64,000 nt of DNA. Source: Spirochaetia bacterium (GTDB lineage Bacteria; Spirochaetota; Spirochaetia; CAKZLE01). Under the pieces are notes generated by a model. That model had not been told where the DNA came from and did no database searches. It saw only the letters and a list, made by a program, of their open reading frames with translations. Position numbers and translations under genes: made by a program. The DNA lies in contig JAIPFY010000006.1 of NCBI GenBank assembly GCA_021736385.1, positions 869-64,868 on the forward strand. The letters are read 5' to 3'. Below are positions 19,995 to 29,321 of the stretch, in pieces. Positions within the stretch are counted from its first letter, which is position 1. The number at the start of each line of letters is the position of its first letter.

Positions 19995-21896
19995 ATGGGT
20001 CAAAAGAAGTTGATACTTGGTTTCTATGATCAGAAACCATTGGGAACCAGATTGGAAGATTATGAATTCAGCCTGTACTCGTGTTATAAACCTCTTTTGA
20101 CCTATCTCTACACGAATCCGGAGATCCGGATCGCTCTCTATCTCTCGGGGACCATCTATGAATGGCTCGAGAGTGATTACCCTGAGATAAACATGCTGAT
20201 CTCTGATATGGTCAAGCGAAAGCAGATCGAACTGCTTACCGGGGGCTTCTATGACCCGATCCTTCAGATCATCCCGAATAAGGACCGGACCCTTCAGATA
20301 GAGATGACTACCACGCTGCTGCGCAAGCGCTTCGGCTACCGGCCGCGCTGCGGGTGGATCAGTGAACAGGTATGGAACCCGGTACTGATCAATACCCTCT
20401 CGTTATGCGGCATCAAGAGTATGATCCAGTTTCATACCAGTGTCAGGGAGAACCCCTACTATATGCAGGAGATGGGTAAGACCATAACCATCTTCCCGGT
20501 AGACACCGCCCTCAGCACTGCTCTGCTGGGTAATGCACTCGATGAGTTTCATCATCTTATCTCGATAAAGGCGAAAAAGGAGTCTGTGTCTCATATCACG
20601 CTCATGCTCGATATGAACAAGATCATCTCCAACTCCATCATCGAGACCAAGAACAATATCGTCGAGCTGTGCAAGGTGTTCAAAGATACCTGTGAGATGT
20701 ATGAGATGACATCAGCACTTATCACAGATGAGACCTTCGAGGAGCCGATCGTGCAGGACTATCTGCCCTACGGCTGGTACAAGGATCAGAATACCCAGAA
20801 CACCGTACATTTCAACGAACTGTTCATCAAGTACCCTGAGATCCAGCGTCTGTACGGGAAGCTCCTGTTCGTGTCGCGATTGATCCCCGGGATCAAAAAA
20901 GAGAAATCACTGAAGAAGCTGGCGATCAAGGAACTGCTGAAGGCTGAATCGTTCGGCGGATTCTCGATCTCCCAGAATGGCGGGATGTATCAGAACTACC
21001 TGAGAAAACGCAACTATCACCATCTGATCGAAGGGGAGAAGATCTCACGGGAGAAAGGGGTCTTCTCTACCTCCATCACGATGTATGACATGGATCTTGA
21101 TACCGAGGATGAGGTGATCTACCGGGGGAAGAACATCACTACCGTCTTTGATCGTATCGGCGGGTCCATGATCGAACTGGACTATCTGGTGAATTCCTGG
21201 AACTATCTCGATACCTTCGTCGGTCATAGCGATGATCTGACTCGCAGAAGCATCCCCTCCATGCCCGATGGTATCTGTCAGAACACCTTCACTGATCTGT
21301 TCGTCTATCCTGAAGCACAGAGTGCCTGTTATGATAAATATTCGGATGCAGGGGTCCTGACCCTCGAAGGCGAGAGCTATGAGCTCGGGAGATTCGACAA
21401 AGACAAGAAACAGGTGGCCTTCTCCTTCACCACCACCGGTCTGACAGGCATCGACTCGATCGAGATCGAGAAGCTCTATACCTGTCATACCAATACCATC
21501 CAGGTGGATTATCGTATCAGGAACTGCGGCAGGACCAGAGTACAGTGCAAGTTCGGTTCAGAGCTGAATCTTTCGTTTTCCGGTGATACCGATGACCTGG
21601 TCGAATTCCATTCATCTGATGCCAATCATGTCAAGAAGATGGGACCGCAGGAGTTCACCATGAAGAACGTCAAACAGCTGCGTATCTCTGATCTGAACAA
21701 GAAAGCGATGGTATCCATCCTGGCAGAAAAACGGTATCATATGATCAGGCAGAACTACTCGACTACCATCAGTACCCTGATGGGCGAAGAGGATATCTAT
21801 CAGTTCACCCGTATCCTGCCGCTGTGGGAGCTGGATCTCAGACCTGGAGAGCAGTGGGAGAATCAGATAGCCATACGAATCGAGAAATTACGATAA
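19995..21896 (+). CDS. Glycoside hydrolase family 57-like protein (alpha-amylase/4-alpha-glucanotransferase fold)
   Basis: IELLTGGFYDPILQIIPNKDRTLQIEMT..GYRPRCGWISEQVW aligns with the GH57 block EILGSAYAHAILPLIPKD..RLQIRLG..GIKPKGFWLPECAY. The N-terminal HxHQP box is replaced here by YDQKP. Confidence 0.55.
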   Translation: MGQKKLILGFYDQKPLGTRLEDYEFSLYSCYKPLLTYLYTNPEIRIALYLSGTIYEWLESDYPEINMLISDMVKRKQIELLTGGFYDPILQIIPNKDRTLQIEMTTTLLRKRFGYRPRCGWISEQVWNPVLINTLSLCGIKSMIQFHTSVRENPYYMQEMGKTITIFPVDTALSTALLGNALDEFHHLISIKAKKESVSHITLMLDMNKIISNSIIETKNNIVELCKVFKDTCEMYEMTSALITDETFEEPIVQDYLPYGWYKDQNTQNTVHFNELFIKYPEIQRLYGKLLFVSRLIPGIKKEKSLKKLAIKELLKAESFGGFSISQNGGMYQNYLRKRNYHHLIEGEKISREKGVFSTSITMYDMDLDTEDEVIYRGKNITTVFDRIGGSMIELDYLVNSWNYLDTFVGHSDDLTRRSIPSMPDGICQNTFTDLFVYPEAQSACYDKYSDAGVLTLEGESYELGRFDKDKKQVAFSFTTTGLTGIDSIEIEKLYTCHTNTIQVDYRIRNCGRTRVQCKFGSELNLSFSGDTDDLVEFHSSDANHVKKMGPQEFTMKNVKQLRISDLNKKAMVSILAEKRYHMIRQNYSTTISTLMGEEDIYQFTRILPLWELDLRPGEQWENQIAIRIEKLR

Positions 21897-21933
21897 GCAG
21901 GTGTAGCACATGATACACCAAAAGGAGAACACT

Positions 21934-23029
21934 ATGCTGAATGACTATACACTGCGGCTGGAAGCCGTTGAGAAGGAAACGCTTGATACCTGGGGGCGAC
22001 TTTGACCCGGATTCGAAGCAACAGAGACTCGAAGAACTGGAGAAGCTGACACAGGACCCGTCGTTCTGGAATGACAAGGAGACTGCAGAGAAGACCTATG
22101 CTGAGATCGCTTCTATCAGGGATGAGCTGGAACCCTGGAATGATATCATCGCACAGATCGCGGAGACCAGAGAGTTCCTGATGCTCCTCGAAGAGGAGTT
22201 CGATGAACAGACTGCACAGGATGTCGGTGCGACCCTCGAGACGATCGAGACCCGTTTCGAACAGTTGAAGATCGCTTCCCAGCTGCATGAGATCTATGAC
22301 AGGAACAATGCCTTCATGACCATCCACTCAGGTGCAGGAGGGACAGAGGCCTGTGACTGGGTTCATATGCTGCTGCGCATGTATACCCGATGGTCTGAGA
22401 GAAGTGAGTTCACGCTGAAGATCCTCGATATGCTCGAAGCCGAGGGAGGGATCAAGTCGGTGACCGTACAGCTTGACGGTAAGCATGCCTACGGCTATCT
22501 CAAAGGCGAGAGCGGCATCCACCGGCTGGTCCGTATCTCACCGTTCGATCAGCAGAAGCGCAGACACACCTCATTCGCATCGGTCTTCGTCTCCCCGGTG
22601 ATCGAGGAAGACATCGATGTCACGATCAAGCCGGAAGATATCCGAGTCGATACCTACAGAGCTTCCGGTGCCGGCGGGCAGCATGTCAACAAGACTGATT
22701 CAGCGGTACGCCTCACCCATCTCGAATCAGGGATCGTGGTGCAGTGTCAGAATGAGCGAAGTCAGCACAAGAACAGGGCCATGGCCATGAAGGTGCTGAC
22801 CTCCAGACTGTATGAGTATTACCGACAGCAGAATGAGGAAGAGCAGTCAAAGCATTCCATGGAGAAGAAAGAGATCTCCTGGGGGCATCAGATCAGATCC
22901 TATGTGTTCCAGCCGTACACCATGGTCAAGGATCACAGGACTGGACTGCAGATCGGTAATATCCAATCGGTCATGGATGGGAATATCGATCCCTTCATCG
23001 AAGCATATCTGACATGGAGAATAGAGTAG
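21934..23029 (+). CDS. prfB: Peptide chain release factor 2, made by a programmed +1 ribosomal frameshift
   Basis: Frame 0 reads ATG..MLNDYTLRLEAVEKETLDTWGRL then TGA at 22003-22005. The shift site is GGGGG CGA CUU UGA C, the canonical Shine-Dalgarno-like GGGGG followed by CUU UGA C. The +1 frame then continues DPDSKQQRLEELEK... and contains SPF, GGQHVNKTDSAVRLTH. The ORF track (21941..23029) captured only the +1-frame portion. Confidence 0.9.
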
Positions 23030-24207
23030 TCTCCCACAGGCAGCTGCTGCTGGTGCACATCGTACTCCTGATGTGCATCATGGCTGCTGCCGGGGCACAG
23101 CAGGCACCCCGTACCGGGCTGCTCCCGATCTTCAGTCGGCAGACTGAAGACCAGCGTAGCCTGGAACTGCTGTATACCGATCATATCTACGAACAGGTAT
23201 ACCGTCGTGCCGCTGACCTGTTCACCAGTGAAGCCTTTTCCCGCATCTATCACTCAGAAGACCAGGGCCCTGCACAGGAGCTGGTCCCCCTGTACGATGA
23301 AGGGCAGGCTCTGTTCACCGACGAGCTCCTCTTCTCTCTTGATCAGCCCCCTGTGGCCGCCTATATCATGAAGCGGTATGACCTGGAACAGCTGGTCTAT
23401 GGGCGTTTTCGTACCATAGATTCGGTATCGATCATCGAACTCTTCCTCATGGGAGAGGATGCTCAGCCCGAACGGATCTATTCCCGGATCATCACTGCAG
23501 AACAGCTTCCTGTGGTCACCGAAGAACTGCTTATCACGCTGGTGGAGCGCTTGACCGGGAAGCAGACCGGTGCACTGAGCATCTCCGGCTCCCCTCAAGA
23601 TATGCTCAGCCTCCAGATCGACGGGTTGACGGTCTCTGTTGACGATACGGTCCTGCAGGTCCTGCCCTACAGCTCCTATAGAATCGATATCAGGCTGCAG
23701 GGCCGTACGATCGACAGCACCACGGTGCTCATCGATCAGGATCGGCAGCAGCTTGCCGTGAGACTGCAGGAGCCGGTCACCGAACAGTACTATATCTCAT
23801 CGCTGCCGGGAGGGGCCTCATTATACGTCGAGGCAGAACCGATCGGTACCTCAGGGATGCTCTACACGTTCGACAGCGCCCAGGACCGGCTCCTGACTGC
23901 AGAGCTCCCAGGGTACATCCCTGAACATATCAGGTTGTCAGAAGCAGCCCCTGGGGAACTCACGATCGCTCTCCGACCCGATTGGATGAGCCGTACCAGC
24001 CAGATCGAGGTGGGAAAACGTGCATGGTATTCCTCATTAGGAGTATGTATTGCTTCATTGCCTATTTCAATTCTATCAAAGTTTTTATATGATACCACAG
24101 GTGATCCTCTCTGGAAGCTCACCTACGGTGTCGGTGTGAGTTTGAACATCACTTCAGCGATGGTATCCCTGAGAGATCTTATTGATTACTACCATCGAAT
24201 AGATTAA
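23014..24207 (+). CDS. Hypothetical membrane protein: N-terminal signal/TM anchor, periplasmic domain, C-terminal TM hairpin
   Basis: A 397-aa ORF whose start overlaps the prfB stop. It has an N-terminal hydrophobic segment and a C-terminal WYSSLGVCIASLPISILSKFLY...VGVSLNITSAMVSL TM pair. I recognise no family. Confidence 0.45.
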   Translation: MENRVVSHRQLLLVHIVLLMCIMAAAGAQQAPRTGLLPIFSRQTEDQRSLELLYTDHIYEQVYRRAADLFTSEAFSRIYHSEDQGPAQELVPLYDEGQALFTDELLFSLDQPPVAAYIMKRYDLEQLVYGRFRTIDSVSIIELFLMGEDAQPERIYSRIITAEQLPVVTEELLITLVERLTGKQTGALSISGSPQDMLSLQIDGLTVSVDDTVLQVLPYSSYRIDIRLQGRTIDSTTVLIDQDRQQLAVRLQEPVTEQYYISSLPGGASLYVEAEPIGTSGMLYTFDSAQDRLLTAELPGYIPEHIRLSEAAPGELTIALRPDWMSRTSQIEVGKRAWYSSLGVCIASLPISILSKFLYDTTGDPLWKLTYGVGVSLNITSAMVSLRDLIDYYHRID

Positions 24208-24234
24208 CACAGCATATAAAAGGAATCGGTATCT

Positions 24235-25104
24235 ATGAAAAACTTCTTCGGTAAACGCATAGCCTCCCTGTTCAGCAGGAATGTCATGGATGAGAGCTTC
24301 TTCGAAGAGCTTGAAGATACGCTCATCGAAGGGGATCTCGGAACACAGATCACCTTCGATCTCTCTGAGCACATCCGCAGGATCGTAAAGAAACAGCGAT
24401 TGGATCAAAGCGGCATGCTCCTTGAGATGAAGGCGCTGCTCGAGCCGTACGTCAGTACCATCGATCTCTCCATCCCGAAGCAGGACACGCCGATGATCTT
24501 TCTGGTGCTGGGCGTCAACGGTGTCGGGAAGACGACATCTATCGCAAAGATGTCACACTGGTACCAGAAGCAGGGATACACTACGGTCCTCAGTGCCGCA
24601 GATACCTTCAGGGCTGCTGCGATCGATCAGCTGTCACTGCATGCTCAGCGGCTGGGGACCAGGATCGTCAAACAGTCCCCGGGATCTGATCCCGGTGCGG
24701 TCATCTTCGATTCCATCGACAGCGCGATCGCACGGAAAGAGCAGCTGATCCTCGCTGATACCGCCGGCAGGATGCATACCAAAGAGCATCTGCTCAGAGA
24801 GCTGCAGAAGATCGACAAGATCGTCGCAGCCAAACTGCCCGGAGCTAACTACAAGAAGATCCTGGTCATCGATGCGACGACCGGACAGAATGGTGTCAGA
24901 CAGGCTGAGCTGTTCCATGAGACCGTGGGACTCGATGCCATCGTGCTGACCAAGTATGATTCAGCCTCCAAAGGCGGGAGCATCATCCAGATCGGGAAGA
25001 ACCTTCATATACCCATAGCTTTCGTGGGAGTCGGGGAGGGGTATGATGATATCATGCCTTTCGATCGGGATACGTTCCTCAATACGCTCATAGGATTGGA
25101 ATGA
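24235..25104 (+). CDS. ftsY: Signal recognition particle receptor FtsY (short form, NG domain only)
   Basis: GVNGVGKTTSIAKM, DTAGR and TKYD..KGG GTPase motifs. Confidence 0.9.
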   Translation: MKNFFGKRIASLFSRNVMDESFFEELEDTLIEGDLGTQITFDLSEHIRRIVKKQRLDQSGMLLEMKALLEPYVSTIDLSIPKQDTPMIFLVLGVNGVGKTTSIAKMSHWYQKQGYTTVLSAADTFRAAAIDQLSLHAQRLGTRIVKQSPGSDPGAVIFDSIDSAIARKEQLILADTAGRMHTKEHLLRELQKIDKIVAAKLPGANYKKILVIDATTGQNGVRQAELFHETVGLDAIVLTKYDSASKGGSIIQIGKNLHIPIAFVGVGEGYDDIMPFDRDTFLNTLIGLE

Positions 25105-26156
25105 ACATCCGACAGGCTGCAGGGATCCTGCTGCTGCTCAGTCCCGCTGTCTTCGCAGCGGAGGATACCTACTATATCTCGAACTCGATCGGTCAGGACG
25201 TCGAACGTATCTCTGAAGTGGATCTGTATGATCCTGCGACAGCCTCCGGCTATATCCTCAAACACTCGGCAGCTGACGAACAGAAGAGCATACGGACGTT
25301 GAGCAGAAACAGGGAACCACTCTGGGAAGAGGTCAGGACTGACAGGGGGGTCCATACCCATATCCTTCGGACTGACCCGGAGGGGAACATCCTGCAGGAG
25401 AGTCACTATACCAATGGGTTGATCACCAGTGAACACATCAGTACCGGTGGGGTCACGATCGAGACCGATTATCAGTATACCCCAAGATCCAGGCTGAGCA
25501 GCACGCTGCAGCACAGCGGGGAGGGCTCTGCCCGAACCCGCTACTTCATCGGTGATTCTGGGGGACTCTCTGGTCTCATGATCGAGAGGACCGATGGGCA
25601 GCAGGAACTGCTCGAGCAGATCGTACTGTTCGATCGGTCAGCAGGGACTGCTGCGATCGGTACCAGTGATGCCTACCGGATGACAATCACCCGGGAGGAT
25701 GAACTTCTGATATATGAATACCGGCAGGGAGACCTGATCTATCAGGAGATCAGAGCCGAAGGGGATGACGGCTTTCAGAGGATCGATTCCTATGACCACC
25801 TGCTCGACAGGTCCCGCCGGCAGCTCATCGATACGGCCTCAGGTCTGATCGTACAGGAGACCATCGGTTCGAAGGATGTCCCGGACGTGCGTCTGATGAC
25901 CTATGACTATGATCCGCAGGGGCGGCTGATGACCAAAGTGGTGCTGCAGGATGAGAAGCGAACCGTGCATGAGTACGAGTATGTGGATGAAGAGACTGTT
26001 GAAACGATCGGTATTGATGGTATAGTGAATAAGATCATCACCTATGAGCGAACAGGGGAGCGGAACGAACAGCTCTATCTTGATGGCGTGTTCTATGCGA
26101 CTGTTCACTACGGTGAGGACAATACGATACTGAAGGTGACCTATGCCGATGAATAG
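25101..26156 (+). CDS. Secreted protein with YD/RHS-like repeats (hypothetical)
   Basis: Signal peptide ILLLLSPAVFA|AE. Repeated beta-hairpin-like segments include a clear YD motif, LMTYDYDPQGRLMTKV, and LLIYEYRQGDLIYQEI. Its start overlaps the ftsY stop (ATGA), and its end overlaps the start of the downstream permease. Confidence 0.5.
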   Translation: MNIRQAAGILLLLSPAVFAAEDTYYISNSIGQDVERISEVDLYDPATASGYILKHSAADEQKSIRTLSRNREPLWEEVRTDRGVHTHILRTDPEGNILQESHYTNGLITSEHISTGGVTIETDYQYTPRSRLSSTLQHSGEGSARTRYFIGDSGGLSGLMIERTDGQQELLEQIVLFDRSAGTAAIGTSDAYRMTITREDELLIYEYRQGDLIYQEIRAEGDDGFQRIDSYDHLLDRSRRQLIDTASGLIVQETIGSKDVPDVRLMTYDYDPQGRLMTKVVLQDEKRTVHEYEYVDEETVETIGIDGIVNKIITYERTGERNEQLYLDGVFYATVHYGEDNTILKVTYADE

Positions 26157-27393
26157 AGAGGGAACGAGCTCTTCGTGGCTCATGTTCGTCATGCACAGAT
26201 ATCTCACGGGAAGAAGCAACAGACGCTATATGTCTTCGCTGTTCACGATCATGGGCATCACCATCGGCTTCATCACCATCTTCGTGATCATCGGTATCAT
26301 GAACGGACTGCAGAGTGGTTATCTGGAAGATCTCATCGAGATCCAATCCTTTCATCTGCAGATATCAGTTGACGATCAGACCGATCCTCTTGCCATACGA
26401 TCGGCTGTCCTGTCCCATCCAGGGGTATCCTCTGCCGTGCAGTATCTCGATACCAACGCGCTGCTCGAATATGGAGACCGGCAGTACTACCCCTGCATCC
26501 TGCGGGGAGTCGAAGATGACATCTTCACCACCGATGAGGGGTTCCTCGAACATACCTCTCTTGATGACGGATCGATCACACGACTGGGCGTGCGGGAACT
26601 GATCGTCAGTGATCATATGAGACAGATGCTCTATGCCATCCCGGGAAGTACCATGAACATGATGCTCATGGGAGTGGGGAAAGTGGTCCCTCACGTTCCC
26701 ATCACCTTCGAGAGTTCCATCGCCGGAATCTACCGCAGTGACTTCCCCGATATCGATTCAGGCTTCATCTTCACCTCTCTGGAGACCCTCAAGCTCCTTC
26801 TGCCCCAGCAGAGACCTCTGCTCGGGATTAAGCTCACCGACCTCGATACGCTGGAAACGACGGCCGAAGATCTGGCTCTGATCACGGGAGTCGAGACGGT
26901 CACGACCTGGAAGGAGGCCAACGAGTCCTTCTATGCTGCACTGATGATCGAGAAGTATGGTATGATGCTGCTGCTCAGTCTGATCTTCCTGGTGGTGATC
27001 ATGAACGCCAAGACCTCCTTCGAGAAGTATGTCTTCCATAAGAAGGATGACATAGGTATCCTTCGCTCTCTTGGAGCATCACGGGGGGAGGTCTATACGA
27101 TCTTTCTGCTGCAGGGCTCTCTCATCGTCCTCACAGGCATCCTGCTTGGTTCTCTGCTGGGGTATCTTACCGCATACCATATCAATGAGATCATTCGAGC
27201 CGGAGAACGGCTGCTGAACTTCCTGTTCGACCGAAGGATGGTCTTTCTGACCTATACCTTCCCGGTGGTCATCGAGATCAGAGAGATGTTCGCGGTAGGG
27301 ATCGCCATCCTTCTGCTGTCGATCACCAATATGTACTTCGCTGTTGCGACCCTCGTGAAAAAATCACCATTGGAGATCTTGTGGTATGAATGA
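26143..27393 (+). CDS. FtsX-family ABC transporter permease (LolC/E or MacB-like)
   Basis: N-terminal TM helix, a large periplasmic domain and a C-terminal 3-TM FtsX domain, LRSLGASRGEVYTIFLLQG. Confidence 0.8.
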   Translation: MPMNREGTSSSWLMFVMHRYLTGRSNRRYMSSLFTIMGITIGFITIFVIIGIMNGLQSGYLEDLIEIQSFHLQISVDDQTDPLAIRSAVLSHPGVSSAVQYLDTNALLEYGDRQYYPCILRGVEDDIFTTDEGFLEHTSLDDGSITRLGVRELIVSDHMRQMLYAIPGSTMNMMLMGVGKVVPHVPITFESSIAGIYRSDFPDIDSGFIFTSLETLKLLLPQQRPLLGIKLTDLDTLETTAEDLALITGVETVTTWKEANESFYAALMIEKYGMMLLLSLIFLVVIMNAKTSFEKYVFHKKDDIGILRSLGASRGEVYTIFLLQGSLIVLTGILLGSLLGYLTAYHINEIIRAGERLLNFLFDRRMVFLTYTFPVVIEIREMFAVGIAILLLSITNMYFAVATLVKKSPLEILWYE

Positions 27394-28078
27394 CCAGACA
27401 GAACCGGCAATCGATGCGAAAGCAGTGAACAAATCCTATGTAAGCGGTGATACCCATCTGCATGTCCTGAACACTGTGGATTTCTCCCTCTCCAAAGGAG
27501 AGTCTGCAGTCATACTTGGTAAGAGCGGCAGCGGTAAGAGCACCTTCCTGCACCTGCTCGGCGGGTTGGACACGGTCGATTCAGGGTCACTGCAGGTTGC
27601 AGGCAGACAGCTCGAGCTGCTCAAAGAGCGTGGGCTCGAACGATTTCGTCGCACCTGTATCGGCTTCATCTTCCAGTCCCATTATCTGCTTGATGATTTC
27701 ACGCTCCTGGAGAATGTGTATCTGCCGGCGGTCATGAGCGGATTTCCCAAGAAGGAGTCCATCGAGTCTGCAAAACAGCTGATCTCTCAGGTCGGATTGT
27801 ATGATCGAAAGGATCATTTCCCCAGGCGGATCTCAGGCGGGGAGCGGCAGCGGACGGCGGTAGCCCGTGCGTTGATCAATGAACCCGAATTGATCCTGGC
27901 AGACGAACCGACGGGGAATCTTGATGAGTATAACTCCCGGATCGTGGAGGATCTGCTCTTCTCCCTGGTAGAGACCTATGCACGATCGATGGTCCTGGTG
28001 ACCCACGATATCAGCATGAGGTTCCGCGGCACGCAGTCCTATGAACTGTATCTGGGGAAACTGGAGCCATACGTATGA
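27386..28078 (+). CDS. ABC transporter ATP-binding protein (LolD/MacB type)
   Basis: GKSGSGKST Walker A, the [15 protein letters not shown] signature, and [11 protein letters not shown]. Confidence 0.9.
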   Translation: MNDQTEPAIDAKAVNKSYVSGDTHLHVLNTVDFSLSKGESAVILGKSGSGKSTFLHLLGGLDTVDSGSLQVAGRQLELLKERGLERFRRTCIGFIFQSHYLLDDFTLLENVYLPAVMSGFPKKESIESAKQLISQVGLYDRKDHFPRRISGGERQRTAVARALINEPELILADEPTGNLDEYNSRIVEDLLFSLVETYARSMVLVTHDISMRFRGTQSYELYLGKLEPYV

Positions 28079-29298
28079 TCGGCTCAGGCGGATCGCTGTT
28101 CTGGTCGCTTCGGATCCTCGGGATCGGGGCGACCGGGAAGAGGACTCGAAAGAAACATATCATGAGTGCGGTGACCGTGGTCGCACTGTCGGTGATCCCC
28201 CTGATCATTGCCATGTTCCTGGTGAACGGGATGACCATCGGTATCACCAGAAAATATATCAATCTTTCGAGCTTCCATGCCCAGGTATACGGTGTGACCG
28301 ATCCTGCAGCCTTTGCAGCAGAAGCTGAGAAGCTCGAGGGTGCAGCTGAAGCTTTTGAGATCAGGGAAGCCTACAGTCTGCTCTATTCTCAGAACGGATC
28401 CTACACTACCGTGGTCAAAGCTGCTGAAGCTGCATACTACGACTCCCCTGCATTTCAGGATGAGCTCAGCTTCATCGCTGGCTCCTCGTCTTTCTCCTCT
28501 CGTGCTTCGATCATGATCAGCGAGACCATCGCGAATGAACTGGAGGTGACCATCGATGATACGATCGCGGTGGTCACTGTGACCCAGCAGATGGGAGAGA
28601 CCCGACTGAAACCTGCGATCTTTCTTGTCACAGGCATATTCGCCTCCGGCTACAAACAACTCGATGCACAACTGGCGTATGTGGATATCGATCAGTCGCA
28701 GCGCATCATGAAAGATGATAATCGGTGGTATATGGGCATATTGGCAGAACCGGGCTATGAGAACGACCTGCCCCAGCTGCGACGGAGCCTCATGGGACTC
28801 GTCGATGAGCAGGGCAGGGTCGTCTCCTGGGATCAGCTCAACCGAAGCCTCTACAGCAACTTCAGATCTTCAAAGACGATTCTCTATGTCATCATGATCC
28901 TGATCATCCTCGTTGCTTCGATCAATATCTCATCTACCTGTATCATCATCATACAGGAGAAGTATCTTGAGATCGGCATGCTCAAATCAGTCGGTGTCGA
29001 CAACCGTATCCTGCAGAGGACCTTCCTGTACACCTCCCTGCTCATAGGGACGATCGGTGCGGTGATCGGTATCAGCCTCGGTGTGCTCATCAGTCTGCAG
29101 CTGCAGCCTCTTCTGGTACTCCTGCAGGATCTGGGGGTCTCGGCACTGGATTTCTATCTCATCGACATCCCGGTGATCTTTCACTGGGATGAGATAGCCC
29201 TTGTAGGGATCATGACCATAGCGATCTCCGGATTATCATCGATCCTTCCGTTGAGAAGAGTCAAAAGTATGTTGCCGATACATCTGCTGCAGGAGTAG
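28075..29298 (+). CDS. FtsX-family ABC transporter permease (second permease)
   Basis: Same topology as 26143..27393, with the C-terminal FtsX domain MLKSVGVDNRILQRTFLYTSLLIG. Confidence 0.8.
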   Translation: MIGSGGSLFWSLRILGIGATGKRTRKKHIMSAVTVVALSVIPLIIAMFLVNGMTIGITRKYINLSSFHAQVYGVTDPAAFAAEAEKLEGAAEAFEIREAYSLLYSQNGSYTTVVKAAEAAYYDSPAFQDELSFIAGSSSFSSRASIMISETIANELEVTIDDTIAVVTVTQQMGETRLKPAIFLVTGIFASGYKQLDAQLAYVDIDQSQRIMKDDNRWYMGILAEPGYENDLPQLRRSLMGLVDEQGRVVSWDQLNRSLYSNFRSSKTILYVIMILIILVASINISSTCIIIIQEKYLEIGMLKSVGVDNRILQRTFLYTSLLIGTIGAVIGISLGVLISLQLQPLLVLLQDLGVSALDFYLIDIPVIFHWDEIALVGIMTIAISGLSSILPLRRVKSMLPIHLLQE

Positions 29299-29321
29299 GT
29301 TAGTATACATACAGAAGGAGT

